DNA of 60,083 bases, counting the filler, from Dugesia japonica (lineage: Eukaryota), in the NCBI GenBank assembly GCA_001938525.1. It is 4 parts of 4 records of this genome, joined end to end, with 100 filler letters (N's around TTAATTAATTAA, not from the genome) between each part and the next. Parts side by side here need not be neighbours in the genome. Positions count along the whole stretch, not along the records: positions 25,845 to 34,953 come from MQRL01641069.1; positions 35,054 to 47,979 come from MQRL01338026.1; 2 more parts are not named here. One strand, given 5' to 3'. Position numbers and translations under genes: made by a program. This document shows, in pieces, positions 25,960 to 39,256 of the stretch (within the stretch, counting starts at the first letter, position 1; each line of letters begins with the position of its first letter). The notes beneath the pieces were generated by a model that was given only the letters and a program-made list of their open reading frames with translations, made no database searches and was not told where the DNA came from.

Positions 25960-28900
25960 TTTATGTGTTATAAAGAAGTCCAAATAGAATTTCTAAATTA
26001 TGGTGATGATAGGGACTCGAATAAATAATATCAAAATTAAATCTTTCTGACAAATTTCTTAATAAATGTGGTTCAAAACCTTTACCTCTATCTATATGAA
26101 TTGTTTTAGGGGTCCCATATTTTAAAATCCATTCGGTTAAAAGTCATTTCGTAAGAGTTTTATCATCTTGTGATGTAACAGCCTTTAAAATCGTATATTT
26201 ACTAAATTGATCAATTATAGCAAAAATGTATTTCTTTCCAGTTAATGTAGTCTGAAATGGTCCACAAAAATCAATAAAAATGCTTTGAAATGTTTCATGT
26301 ACATTATTTGTAACAATAATTTCTTTTGTTTTGCATGTCAATGTTTTACGATTTTGACAAGTCACAACTTGTTATAATGTCTGTGATAGTTTTATTTATA
26401 TTTGTCAAATCATATTATGCAAAGATATAATTAATAAGTTTATTAATCCCAACATGGCACAGCTCTTTAAGTTTTTCTAAAACAAACTCCCCCTTTCTTT
26501 TTCCGTGATATATATTTTATTTTTCTGACTAAAAACTATGTTTTTATCCATATAAAATTTACTTTCTTGTTTTTCTTTGATTCTTGATATTATTTAATCA
26601 ATTTCTTTACATTTGCTTTGCCATTTATATTCATATTTTACATCTTCAATTGCCAAAATCTTTGTCTTTATTCTTCCTGTTTTTGGATCTTGGTGGGCCA
26701 TCTGACATTGTTTGCAATCTTCTACATTTAACCTTGATAGGGCATCAGCGTTATTGTGTGATTCACCTTTACGATATTCTAGAATCATATTCAAACTACT
26801 TAAAAAATTTATGCAGTTTTGAAATTGAGCTGTTATTGGTTTTTTGTAGTCATCATAAAAGTTATTTTATTATGGTCTGTCCTTAAAATGAATTTCTTTC
26901 CATATAAGTAATGTTTAAAATGTTGAACAAAGTGAAAAAGTGATAACAAATCGTCCCTAGTTATGCAGTATCCAATTTCATGTTCATTCATGATTTTTGA
27001 TCCATATGCAATGATGACTTCTTTTTGATATTCATCTTTTTGTGATAAAACTATGCTTATTGAATCAAAACTTGCATCTGTATCTAAAATATAAGTTTTC
27101 TGAAAAATTGGATGTCTTAATATTGGTGTCTTTGTGAGACGTTTTTTTAAACTTTTAAACGCTTCTTCACATTTTTCAGTCTAAACTAATTTAACTTCTT
27201 TATTCCCAATTAATTCTTCCAATGGTCTGGCAATTTTGGAATAATCTTTTATGAATTTACGATAATAATTTGTTAGACCTAAAAACCTACGAAGATGTTT
27301 AATGCATCGAGGTTTTACAAAATTTTCTATCGCCTCTATCTTTGAATTATCAGTTTTAATCCCTTCCTTATTTACAATATAACCTAAGAACTTTAATTTG
27401 GATGCTAAACAATTGCATTTATCTGGATTTATTTTTAGCCCCGATTTCTTACTTCTTAAAAATATTTTTTCAATCCTTTGTTTATGTTCATTTAAATTTT
27501 TTGAAAATACTAATATATCATCGAGATAAACCAGAGTTTCTTTCCACATCATGTCTCCAATAATAATTGACATCAATTCTTGGAATGTCGATGAAGCAAC
27601 AGCAATACCAAATGACATTCGGTTAAAACAATATTGTCCCATTTTAGTCAAAAATACCGTCTTAAACTTACTAACTTCTTCCCACTCCACCCGATAGTAT
27701 GCATTTCCTAATTTAATGGATGAAAAATATTGTGCCCCATATAACGAATCAAGCATCTCCTCAATATTTGGAATTCGAAAAGGTGGTCTAACAGTGTATT
27801 TATTTAATAATCAGAAATTTAAGCACATTCTTATTTCATTTGATTCCTTTTTTTAATTCATACATTTGGAGAGTTCTATGGGGATTCACATTTTTTTATA
27901 ATACTATTTTCTTCTAAATTATTTATAATTTCTACTATTTTTTCTTCGCAGTGCATCGACTGCCTTCTAGCTATCATTAAAATCGGTTTGCAATCGGTTT
28001 CTATTTTATGTTTTAAAATGTCTGTTTTACCAATATCCCATTTATTATTCATAAAAATTTCAATATATCTGAGAATAACTATTATCGTCATTTAATTAAA
28101 ATTTTTTATTAATTGTTCGCTACTATTCATATATATATTATTTGTTGAAAATTTAGCTTGTAAATTTAAAACGCTGGGATTTATATTATCTATTTCTATT
28201 ATTTTTATTTGTAAAGAATTTAAAATATCGATTCCTATAGTTATTAGGGGATAAATTTCTTCAGTAATGAAGCTTTTATTAGTCCACTTTTTGCAATTAA
28301 ATTCAATATTTATATCTACCTTATCTATAATATTTAGGGCACTTCCATTTGCACATAATACTTGCTTGTCATTAACATTTTTGTTATTAAATTTAATATT
28401 TTTAATTTCCTTAGCTATAGTTTTACTCATTACGCTTATTTTCGCCCCAGTATAAAATAATGCATTAAAATAATTTCCATTTAGTTTAATATTATTAACA
28501 ACATTAAAAAATTCAAGCATACATATATCAGTCAATCTATTTTCATCATTCATGTTTTTAAATATACATTCAATCATTGAATCATTTTCAATCACACCAA
28601 TACTATTATTAAAATTATTCAAACAATCATCATCACACTCAAACATACTAGTCCTCATATTATTAATATCACATCTTACATGTAATTTATGGCTCCTATC
28701 ATTTTCCCGTTGACTGAAGCCTTGGCATTTCCCGAATCATCATTTTATCATCTATCTCGTTTGTATCGTCATCATATAGAGCAACAACTTGATTTCTTTT
28801 ATTTGTAGGATAGTATCTGTCATCTCCATGGTATTTGTCATTATCGTAATCTTTGACTTGGTGTCTAATATTCATTTAGTTTTCTGTGTCTTTTCGATGG

Positions 28901-28975
28901 TAGCATTTATAACTCAGATGTCCTCTTCCATTACAAACAGAACATCGGATATTCGGGCAATCACGGCGTAAGGGT
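25960..28975 (-). mobile_element. Ty3/Gypsy LTR retrotransposon internal region (gag knuckle, protease, RT, RNase H, integrase), degenerate
   Basis: CSVCNGRGHLSYKC knuckle, ALFYTGA protease, YLDD RT, LRRFLGLTNYYRKFI, NADALSR, IDFCGPF...IIDQFSKY; many stops. Confidence 0.92.
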
Positions 28976-29339
28976 CGAAGAATATTTATTATTTATTCAT
29001 TTATTATTATATTATTTTTTGAAAATTTTCTCAGATTTTTTGTTTGAATACTATGAATTATTCTTGATAAAATTGTTATTTTAATCAAATACACTTGTTA
29101 TAATAAATACAATTTATGGATAATTGTGAAGTTTTGAATTTAACTAATAATCTGTATGTTCTTTATATCTTTCAAAGAAATCACTTACAATATCNNNNNN
29201 NNNNNNNNNNNNNNNNNNNNNNNNNNNNNNNNNNNNNNNNNNNNNNNNNNNNNNNNNNNNNNNNNNNNNNNNNNNNNNNNNNNNNNNNNNNNNNNNNNNN
29301 NNNNNNNNNNNNNNNNNNNNNNNNNNNNNNNNNNNNAAA

Positions 29340-30270
29340 ATTTAATAGTGGTCTCAAATAATCTGCCATAAGTTTGCATAATGATGTAGATGGACTATCA
29401 GAAGCATTGAAAATAGGTCTTCTTTCATTTTTGTTTTATGATCTTTAGGAACACAGTACATAGATAATGAAACTGGTTCATGACATTTAACTGCTAAAAA
29501 TAAAGATTTTATTCGGTCTTCAAATTTCTCTGCAATTTTAATCAATTCTTTATTAAATTTATTCTCTTCAGTGATTGGTAGTCTTTTATGGGTGATAGTT
29601 TCATAATTATTCAGATGTTCAGAGAAGAAATCCTTGAATGTCTGTTCAGATAAGGCTACCAATTTATTTGTTTTGTCTGTTGGAGTGATGATAATTGATT
29701 TCAAATTCTTTATTTTTTTGATAATTTCGTTCTCAATACTTTTAGATTTGATATTCTTGTTATTTTTGTAAGTTTATTTCTGAGTTCTTCTATATTGTTG
29801 CCAATTTCTGTAATAGGATAATTATATGTTGGTATCACCCTTCTGAATGATTGTTTATATTTCCACTTTGATGAAAAAATTGAGGAATTGTCTGATATTT
29901 CGTATGTTGTGTTTTCAAGTCTGTGTAATTGGCATCTGAGACTGTAAATGGAAGATCATTGATGTTTTTAAATTTTCTATATGCTTCTCCATCTTCTTTA
30001 TTTAGAAGGTAGTGGTTTATCTTCTATCAGATAATTAAGTACACTATAGAGCCTTTTTCGAAGAAGAGTTATCCATTGAAAGCTATGACGTTTAAATAGT
30101 TCTTCAGATTGATAACATTGAAAAGTATTCTTGAGTTTGTTTTTAGTTCTCAAACCAAATGGTATTAGTTCTCTTCTTTTACATTACTATATAAATTTGA
30201 TATGATTTTGAATTTTCATCGCATTGAATAAATCAAAAAGTCCACGGAATCTATCAATAAGTCATCATGT
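29340..30270 (-). mobile_element. Penelope-like element, N-terminal/RT fragment
   Basis: LIPFGLR, IITPTDKTNKLVAL (DKG motif), MYCVPKDHK...RPIFNASDSPSTSLCKLMADYLRPL (LYGLPKIHK-RPI motif). Confidence 0.85.
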
Positions 30271-30849
30271 TCCTGAAGAAGACAATTGCCGAAAAGTTGA
30301 ATTTCTATACACACAAATTTTATTTTTGATCGAAGCCTTTTCTTTATTTTAATGAAATCTCAAACGCGATCAATCGTTAATTCCAACAATTATTCTCACA
30401 ATAATTGTATTTATAAAACTTATCATTGATTTATTCAATGGGATGAAAATTTACAAAATGTTCAGTAAATTCTTAATACAAACTTTGACATTACAGATTT
30501 TAAATAAATCTGCGTAAAATCAATTTTTATTGGATTTTAATTGTAATATAAAATTAAATGAACATTTTCTCAGTTAAGTGCTGCAAAGCATTATGATAAA
30601 TCTATTTTGTAAAATAGTTTGAAGTTTTCAATAGATAAACTCGTTTTCAACAACAAACAATTTTTAATTTCAAAAAGTCAAAATTGCTGTTCTTTTATTT
30701 TAGATTTCAGATATTAAAGAAAATTCCAAAAATAAAATAAAAAGTCTTTATTCAACGACTAATTTATTTCAATTAATATAATTACAATTATTGTGAGAAT
30801 AATTGTTGGACTTAACCATTGATCGCATTTGAGATTTCATTAAAATAAA
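30270..30849. repeat. Inverted pLTR-like repeat pair next to the Penelope 5' end, with a hammerhead-like core
   Basis: 30347-30409 is inverted relative to 30783-30849; CTGAAGA-agacaattgcc-GAAA at 30273. Confidence 0.55.
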
Positions 30850-31959
30850 CTTATAAAAACAATCTCACTTGAAAAAGTATAGTAAACAATGTAAAAACAA
30901 AAAAAGTATAGAAAATAATCTTAAAAATCTATTATAAATATAAAGGTAAAAATTTTCTGCACTATATCTTGTGGGTTTTAGTCATTGCTAGACTTTGAGG
31001 AGAGTTCTGCAATTTTTCTCGAATTTAATACATATATATATATATATATCGGTTAAACTCTCATTCTAACGAGACTATTAGAAAAATTAAATTGTCTACA
31101 TTCTTTCTAAATAAAAAGAATGTAAAGATCGAAATGCGGCGAGTCCCTAATTTTGGTTTCATTTATTCGTTATTTTACGGGATTCACCAATATGATTCAA
31201 CTGATTTTGTTTGTTGGAAATTAAAAAAAGAAAGCATTTACGATTTTTATACCGCCCAGATTGAAGTTTTCATATTAAAAACTTGGTCGCGCAATAGCGA
31301 AACCACGCAATTAAAAGCCGAGCAGTTAGAGTGCTTACTGTATATGAAAATGTATCAATATTTGAATCTTTCCGAGACATGGGTTATTTTTTAAAACATT
31401 CTTTTATTAAAATATTAATGAGAATTAGTTTGTTGAAATATTCTGAATATTTATCTTTTTTAACCAAACTAATCATATATTCATGATACGAATAAATAAT
31501 TTCTTATAGANNNNNNNNNNNNNNNNNNNNNNNNNNNNNNNNNNNAAGTTTTTTCATTTTAATTTTTTTCAAGAAAAAGTCTGAAAATAAAATGAAAAAA
31601 TATTACAAAAAAATAAAAAATTAAATTTGAAATTTAATTTGAGAGATGGAAAATCCTCACAGTTTCATAAAAACATTATTGATGGAATACAATATTTTCT
31701 CGTTAATCAAGAAAAAAATTCAATATCACGAGAATATTTATGAAAAGTTGATTATAAAAAATTTGGTAGAGAATTTGTGATGAAAAATAATAATTATAAA
31801 TTTGTGAAATTTTTTCTTTAAATTAAACCATACAATATACATTAAGCAATTCATAGGTAGTTTTTTATTGTGATTTTTACAGGTTTGAAAATAAAAATAA
31901 TTATAATTAAAATTATAAATATAATCAAATATTATATTTTATTTTCACAACCAAACATT

Positions 31960-32893
31960 AAATGATACCAATCTCAAGCTTATATAATCAATATTGTCTG
32001 AGAAATTTCTAAACCAAACTCAAAGTGATCCAGTGTGCCATATCCTTTATCTTGAAAACTAAGCATATTCATATAACAAACCCTATAAACAATATAATCA
32101 GTTTTTAATTCTTAGAATAATGGTACTAAATTCAACATCATACGAAAATATTTTACTGAGAAATTGATTATTGAAATTTTTAATTAAAAACTTCAAACTC
32201 GATTTTTATATGAAGAAAGCATTTTCAGAAAGAATGCATAGATTCATTCTTTACTTACTTTTTCATTCTTTATCCTATGATACCGATTTTAATTTGAAAT
32301 CCTCTAGATCATGGGGAGTGATACTGATCCAGTTCTCCACATACTTTATTTCAATAACCAAGCATGTTTTGAAAAAATTAGATTTATATTCCTATAGAGA
32401 TGCTTTTATCCAGCTGAATTATATAAAAATATTTAAACAATTATTATTTTTCGAATTTATAATTATAATTTATAATTGATATATTATCAAATCAACGAAG
32501 CATTTTTCACTATAAGTCCTTGAGACAATGTATAGGTAACGTTTTGTTCTGAGTATAATGATACCAAATTCGAAGGCATACGACCATTATCGACTGAGAA
32601 AATACTAAATCCAAGTTCATGTTATCCAGTGCGCCACATACTTTATCTCAGAAACTAAAAGTATTTTTTAACAAAGCCTATATAAGCAATATTCAGATTT
32701 TTACTCGGAATTCAACGATACTAAATTTAAAACTGAACGATCAAAATTAATAGAAAAATTACAAACAAACTTTCGATCCATAGAATTCAAAATCAAAAAA
32801 CCTTTTCGACCAATCAAAATCATACATTTTTAGATCATTCAAATCTCTGGATTACTTCGTCAGAGGAGGGGGGCTGATCCAGTGTGCCACTAT
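31960..32893. repeat. ~300-bp-period diverged repeats, probably a non-autonomous DNA transposon end
   Basis: Recurrent TGATACC...(G)ATCCAGT(G)TGCCAC(A) at ~32030, 32328, 32624 and 32876. Confidence 0.5.
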
Positions 32894-34079
32894 TATTCAA
32901 CTAATAAAATTACATTAAACAAAATTTTTAATTATTAATAAAAATAAATTAGAAAGAGGAAAAACTTTACAATCTATAGTTTCACATTCAGTAAATAACA
33001 AAATAAATAAGTATAATTCTTAATTTNAATACAATAATTCACATAAATTACTCAAATAGTTATTGATTTGAGTAATATTGTAATTTTTTTGATTGTAATA
33101 CATTGTATTTCAATTTTAATATGGGTAATTTTAATTTTATTATAGTGTTGAAATTTTTGTTGAATTTATAAGATGAGTTTAATTTTTATTTACTGGATCA
33201 TAATTTTGCTTTGATTGCATAACATTTCTATACAAAGGATTTAATTAATGGATGAATGTTTGGTTAGAGTATTGAGGATTATTGGAATAGAATTTTTATG
33301 CTCTAAGTAGATGATTAATTAGTTAATAAAGCAGATTAGTTAGATTTAACGACTAATTTCAAGGGACTTTTACTAGTTTAAGTTTATAAGAGTGAAATAT
33401 GTGAACAACTAACTGAATTATTTCGGTTTATTGACTACAAAGTATAGATTAAAGGAATTGTCTGAATAATAGAGCTAACTATCTGGTATAAATGATTAAT
33501 ATAGTGAATTTACATTCATTGATTTGATTAAATGAGTGGTCTATTGTAAGAGTGATTGGAAAATAAACATGATTATTTAGATTGAATAAGTAAATTAAGA
33601 AGATAAATCAACAGGTTATTCTACGGATTAAGTATTCAAGGTAAATTGACTAAATTTTAAGAATAAGTATATTAAGATGGTTAATTGTCTAGTTAAATTA
33701 AGGAGATAAATAAATTGTATTAGAGGTTGAAATGACAACTATAAGATATTTGAAAGTAAATAAATGGTGAATCGAACAGATTAATCATAAGAACAGATAA
33801 AATCATTTACTGAGGTATCGATGNGTAAATTAACTGATTTGAAAGGGTAAATATCATAGGTGAATGAAGTATTGAATTATTTATTCATAAAATCAGGAGC
33901 ATAATTCATGTTATTTAATGGTTCAATTGAATGACTGGTGGAAATTTAATGAAATCCAAGGAAATTTATGAGACTTAGTGTATATGTTTTGAAGTTTTAT
34001 GTAAATCTATTAAAATTCTTTATGACTCTATGAAATTTACATATCTTTATAATTTAGTCTATATTTCGTATTTATAATT

Positions 34080-34300
34080 GCAATTATTGCGAGAATAATT
34101 GTTGGACATAACCATTGATAGTTTTACGGAATTCATTTAAAATAAAAGCTTCGATTAAATTTTTTTTATTGATATTTGATAACAATTCGATAATTCGACC
34201 TTGTCTTTTTGACTTTTTTTCCTGACGAAGACAAGGTCGAATTATCGAATTATTATCAAATATCAATAAAAAAAATTTAATCGAAGCTTTTATTTTAAAT
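34080..34300. repeat. Palindromic pLTR-like repeat with hammerhead-like core
   Basis: ~73-bp arms (34135-34208 / 34228-34300). CTGACGA-AGAC-AAG-GTC-GAA at 34222. Same family as 30320-30410, 30783-30849 and 59975-60045. Confidence 0.65.
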
Positions 34301-34953
34301 ATATTTCGTATGTTGTAATTAATTAAAGATTTTGTTGAAAAGGATGTATGACGAAACATGTATTTATGTTAAAGTCATTATTTTCATGCTGAATCCATTA
34401 TTTTTGATGAAAACTTTCTATATACTATACTGCATATTTTCCATGATAAAATCTTTACTTTTCATGATTAAACTATTATTTTTCAATTAAAACATAATAA
34501 AATATTTTATAAAAGCATTATAAAACCTTAACATTTGATCACTAAAAACTCTATGAAAATACTATAAATCTCTAAAAAATCTATATTATATTATACAAAC
34601 TCTAGAAAATTCATTAAAATTATATAAAGATCAAAAACAATAGAATTAAAGTCTATTAAGAGACTCCCGGAGAATATTAATTACTCAGATAAAAGAACCA
34701 TAACATGTTTTAATTCAAAAGTCCAAAATGTATTGGATATGTAATGAAAGAATCTTTCAAAATGAGAATGGATATTGTTGTAAACAATTAAATACTATCT
34801 ATTTAAATAAAATAAATTTAGAAAGAAGTCTTTCGTTTTTTATAGCATTGATAGAATCACAAACTACGATGAGAATAAAAATTCTACAATCATTTCCATC
34901 AATAGTTATAGATGATTTACTTGATATTATTGTAAGTGTTATTCGCGGTAATG

Positions 34954-35053
34954 NNNNNNNNNNNNNNNNNNNNNNNNNNNNNNNNNNNNNNNNNNNNTTA
35001 ATTAATTAANNNNNNNNNNNNNNNNNNNNNNNNNNNNNNNNNNNNNNNNNNNN
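34954..35053. other. Artificial scaffold spacer
   Basis: N44-TTAATTAATTAA-N44. Confidence 0.9.
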
Positions 35054-37896
35054 AGATCTGGTGTTACTCTTTCAGCAACTAAGAAAGTAATCTCTTTGCA
35101 AACTTCATCAATTATCACTCCAATTTTGATCTCGTTCGATCTCATAAAAAAATGTTATAAGAACTGTTCTTCTCAGTTTGATCATAATCTACTATGAATG
35201 AAATAAATTCGTCTGATATTTCTCAGACTTTCCTAAGTAGCTCAGCTATGGGCGAAAATGACAAAGTCGAGAACATCTCACGTCTTGGTCACAATGGTGA
35301 TAGTTTCTCCTTTTTGAAGCAGAATTTTCAATTCTCTGTTTCAAATAAACTTACCGCTGCTCATGCATGTAAGGGTGAAATTGTCAATAGTGACAGTAAT
35401 TCATTTGTAGATCTTCATGATAATGGTGTATTATTGGACTTGGTTACCCCGGCTAAAATTGTCAATGAAATTACGGATAACGGAATTGATCTGATGAATT
35501 CAGTTGTTAATAAATCTGATAAAGATGTAATAATGGACATGGTTACTCCGGCTAAAATCGTTAAAGAAAATACGGATAATGGAATGAATCTGTTGAATTT
35601 TTTGAAATTCATGGAGTTCTACCTAAAATATGCAAATGAGCCAAACAATGACTGCTGCCTCGATCTCCTCAAAACGATGATGAATATTGGTCTCTGCAAG
35701 TATCANNNNNNNNNNNNNNNNNNNNNNNNNNNNNNNNNNNNNNNNNNNNNNNNNNNNNNNNNNNNNNNNNNNNNNNNNNNNNNNNNNNNNNNNNNNNNNN
35801 NNNNNNNCAAAGCTCGGAAATGCAATGGAAAATGCAATTTCTTGGCATTGTCTGAAGAATGGAACGCAGATCAATGTAAGCTCATCACCGAATTTCGTTT
35901 AAAGTTCTTAAATTGTAAATTTTGTAAAGAAACCTTTTATTTAATGTTTGATGTTAATTTTATTAGTGTTTTTAATGTTTTTTATTATAATTATTTTTAT
36001 AATTTTAACGAGTTTGAAGCTGTGAAGTTTGCAGATTTTTTTAAATGCCTTCACTCAAATAATGAAAATGAATGTTTAAACGCTGACGTGCAATGAAATG
36101 CCCATTGTCTATAAATTCATGCAAAGATTCTTTAAATACATAGCTAAACAAACTCCACAACCTTATGTAGTGGTGAGGAATAGACCTCTCCCAAATTTTG
36201 TCGTTAATGGGCCAATTGGTAGCAGCGTCTTGAAGATTGGCGACAAACTGCTGCAAAATTTCATTATCAAAGCCCCTAGTAATGTGAATAAAAAGAAAAA
36301 TATTCAGACTAATCGACAAATTCTTTTTAATTCACTACATTCCCCCGAAAACCCAAATTTTAATAAAGTAAATGAAAAAAATCGTGAAAAACTCACACAT
36401 ACTGCATATAAAATAATTTATAATAATAAGAAGAAGAATAATTATAATACTGATGATACTAGCTACAAAAATTATTTGAATAATAAAGATTATAGCCATA
36501 AATATGACAGTTACTCCCATAGTCAGAAAATTGACCTAGATAATGGAAATAACAATTATAAAATTTTGTTAAATAAAGTCAATTATCTGACAAAGCAAAT
36601 CAATGCCTATAATAATATTTATAAATTTAATAATATGAATTATAAAACATCTTTGGCAAATAATGGTAATCAGGGAATATTAAAAAAGTTGAAAATTTAT
36701 CAAAAATCTTATTTTAATGAAAAATGTGTTAATATTCCTCAAACTGAAACTGATAAATATAATAAAAACAATCAAAGCACTAATCCTAATAATGTAAAGC
36801 GTGAAATATTAAAAAATTCGGAAATCTATCAATCATCCAATATTTTGGATAAAAATGATAATTTTTCTAATAATGGAACTAATAAAAACTATCATAACGT
36901 CAATCATAATATTCAAAAAGAAAGAAAGAAAAGTAACAAAAGATGCCAAACATCTGGCAACAACACTAAATATTATAATAATTCAAAAAATGAAACTAAT
37001 AACAATTTGACGAAACCTCCCCAAACTTTTGGTAAAAATCAGATTTCATCGAATCAGTCTATTTTTCCTTATAGCAACAATGCAAATCAACATTTTTATG
37101 GTTTCAATTCCAAAAGACACCCCCCAGCATCTAAGAATATGTATAAAAAACTGAAACAAAATGAAATTGTTGAAATGGCTTCACGCAGATATGTTAATAA
37201 TATGATAAATCATACAAATCGAAAGGGTCCTGGAATTTACGATGCGTACGGGAATAATATTAACAACAACAAGAGTCCCACTAATAAAACTCTAATAATT
37301 TTAACTTCAAAATTTCGAAAAACGTTGCCCATCATTCTAGTGTTAACGACTCGCCTTGCCACAGCCCATCTCTTACAAAGAACACATCCCCGAGAACTAC
37401 TGAGCAGTGCCCAACAGTCACCGCACCATGCTCACCCCCAACCCATACTTTGTGTCCTTTTCTTAAATTCACTGCCTCTCCTCTGAGCAATCCGTCACTC
37501 ACTTCAGATCTGCCCACCGCACCGAACTGCTTCCAATATGTAAATCTTAACAGTGCCAACTCCATCGTCAATATTCCTTCAATGCGCACATCTGTCACAT
37601 GTAGCGCTGTCGAGGGTAGCTCTGCTAGCAGCAAGGACTCAAACTCCATCATGATCATCACCCCCAAAAAAAATAAGAAATCCAAAAAAAGATCATACCC
37701 ACTCCGCAGCAAAGCACAAAAGGCGAAAAAAGCCAATGTGCTGAACACAACCTCAATTGCTGTTTCTATCAAAAATGCTGTCCCAGTCAAAAACGGCCTC
37801 AGCTATTCCAGCGCAGTGCGGAGCCCTGCAAGGCCCTCTGGCACATGACGGTCTGGGTCCATAGTTACCCCCACGATTGCCGCTAGTGAAGCAACT

Positions 37897-39003
37897 GTGG
37901 ATAACTCAAAAACTGACCTACCCAATGATGCCTTGTTTACTGATGAGCAGATTAATACTTACATGAAAGCTCATTTTTCGGATAACGCGTTCGCTCATAT
38001 TGACCCATGCATAATTCAAATCTTTGTTGCAGGAAGTGGTACACTGACCTCACTGGGATGTGATACCACTAAACTCCTAATGACCAGAACCATTGTAGCT
38101 GCTGTTAATATTGCAAGCCAACATTGGATCTTGTTCATGTATGATAGAATGAACGGGATCGCTTGCAATATTGACCCTCTCCAAACTGCCTTCAGACCAG
38201 ACATAGCAGCAACATATGGCGCAATAATAACAGATAAATTGAACACGGTCATTGGTGATGATGTTGTGTTCTCTAACAAGGCGGAATTTGAAAGATAGAC
38301 ACAGCAGAATGGCTATGACTGCGGGCCATTCGTCTGCGTTTATGCGACAAATCTGTCAATTTGTGAACCCCTCACTAATCTTCACATAAGACTTGTAAGA
38401 GAATTCATTTGCTCTCCTGGTCTCTCAGGGATAAAGCCAATCAAAGGTGGAGGCTTTCATCTCACAACCTACTCCAAACTTGACTCTTACAGTCTGCTCT
38501 CATGCGTAAGCGGAGAAATTATGCAATATTTTGCATCTAGTATGGCCCCTAACAAAGACTACTTCATAGTTGACCCAGTATTATCCAGGGCCTGCATTGA
38601 AGGAGACAACAACTACATTACTGATGTTGTCTGTTTCCGCACATATAAGTCTGGAAAAATTGCCTTCTGCCGCTTTCTCACTTCAACAGCAAGATGGGCA
38701 TTGTTTGTTGTTGACATAAAAGGTGGGATCTCCTACATGTTGGATCCCAAAGCTGGCAATGTCGATGACATAGATGAAGAAACTTCTTCTCGTCTAAACT
38801 ACTGTATGGTGGAATTCTGCAGAAAGAAAAACATCGACATGGTCCAGTCTCCGCATGAAATAACAACATGGCAGAAGAATGACAATGAAGGCGGACTTAT
38901 AATATGTTGCTACATCAACTCTATCGCAAACTTCAATACCCTGGGTAGAGTTGATGTAACCCGCGTAAAATTTAAATTAGACATAGATGAAGCAACTTCT
39001 TAA
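37897..39003 (+). pseudogene. Tandem Ulp1/C48-like protease domains of the LINE
   Basis: Domain 1: QHWILF..IDPL..(stop)TQQNGYDCGPFV. Domain 2: ARWALF..LDPK..QKNDNEGGLII, lacking the catalytic His and Cys. Confidence 0.8.
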
Positions 39004-39256
39004 ACAGCAAACTCTGCAATAAAATAAAATCAAAAATAAAATCAAATCAAAATCAAGGGGGGTTAAAAAGAACAGCGACAGCAAAGACAAAAATAAAACT
39101 AATGAACAAACCAGCGCATTGCTAAAAACCATCGACAGTAGTGATGTTGACGTAGCTGTGAACGCATTCTATAGTTATGCGCACTCCGTTCGATGTGTTA
39201 AACCCAAAGCCCTAAACTTTAAAATCAGCGAGGGATAATCCAGCAAGCGTACTGAA

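Noticed and set aside
33100-33980. Possible decayed LRR gene on the minus strand
   Set aside because: Only scattered LRR-like fragments with many stops; not supportable without a profile search.
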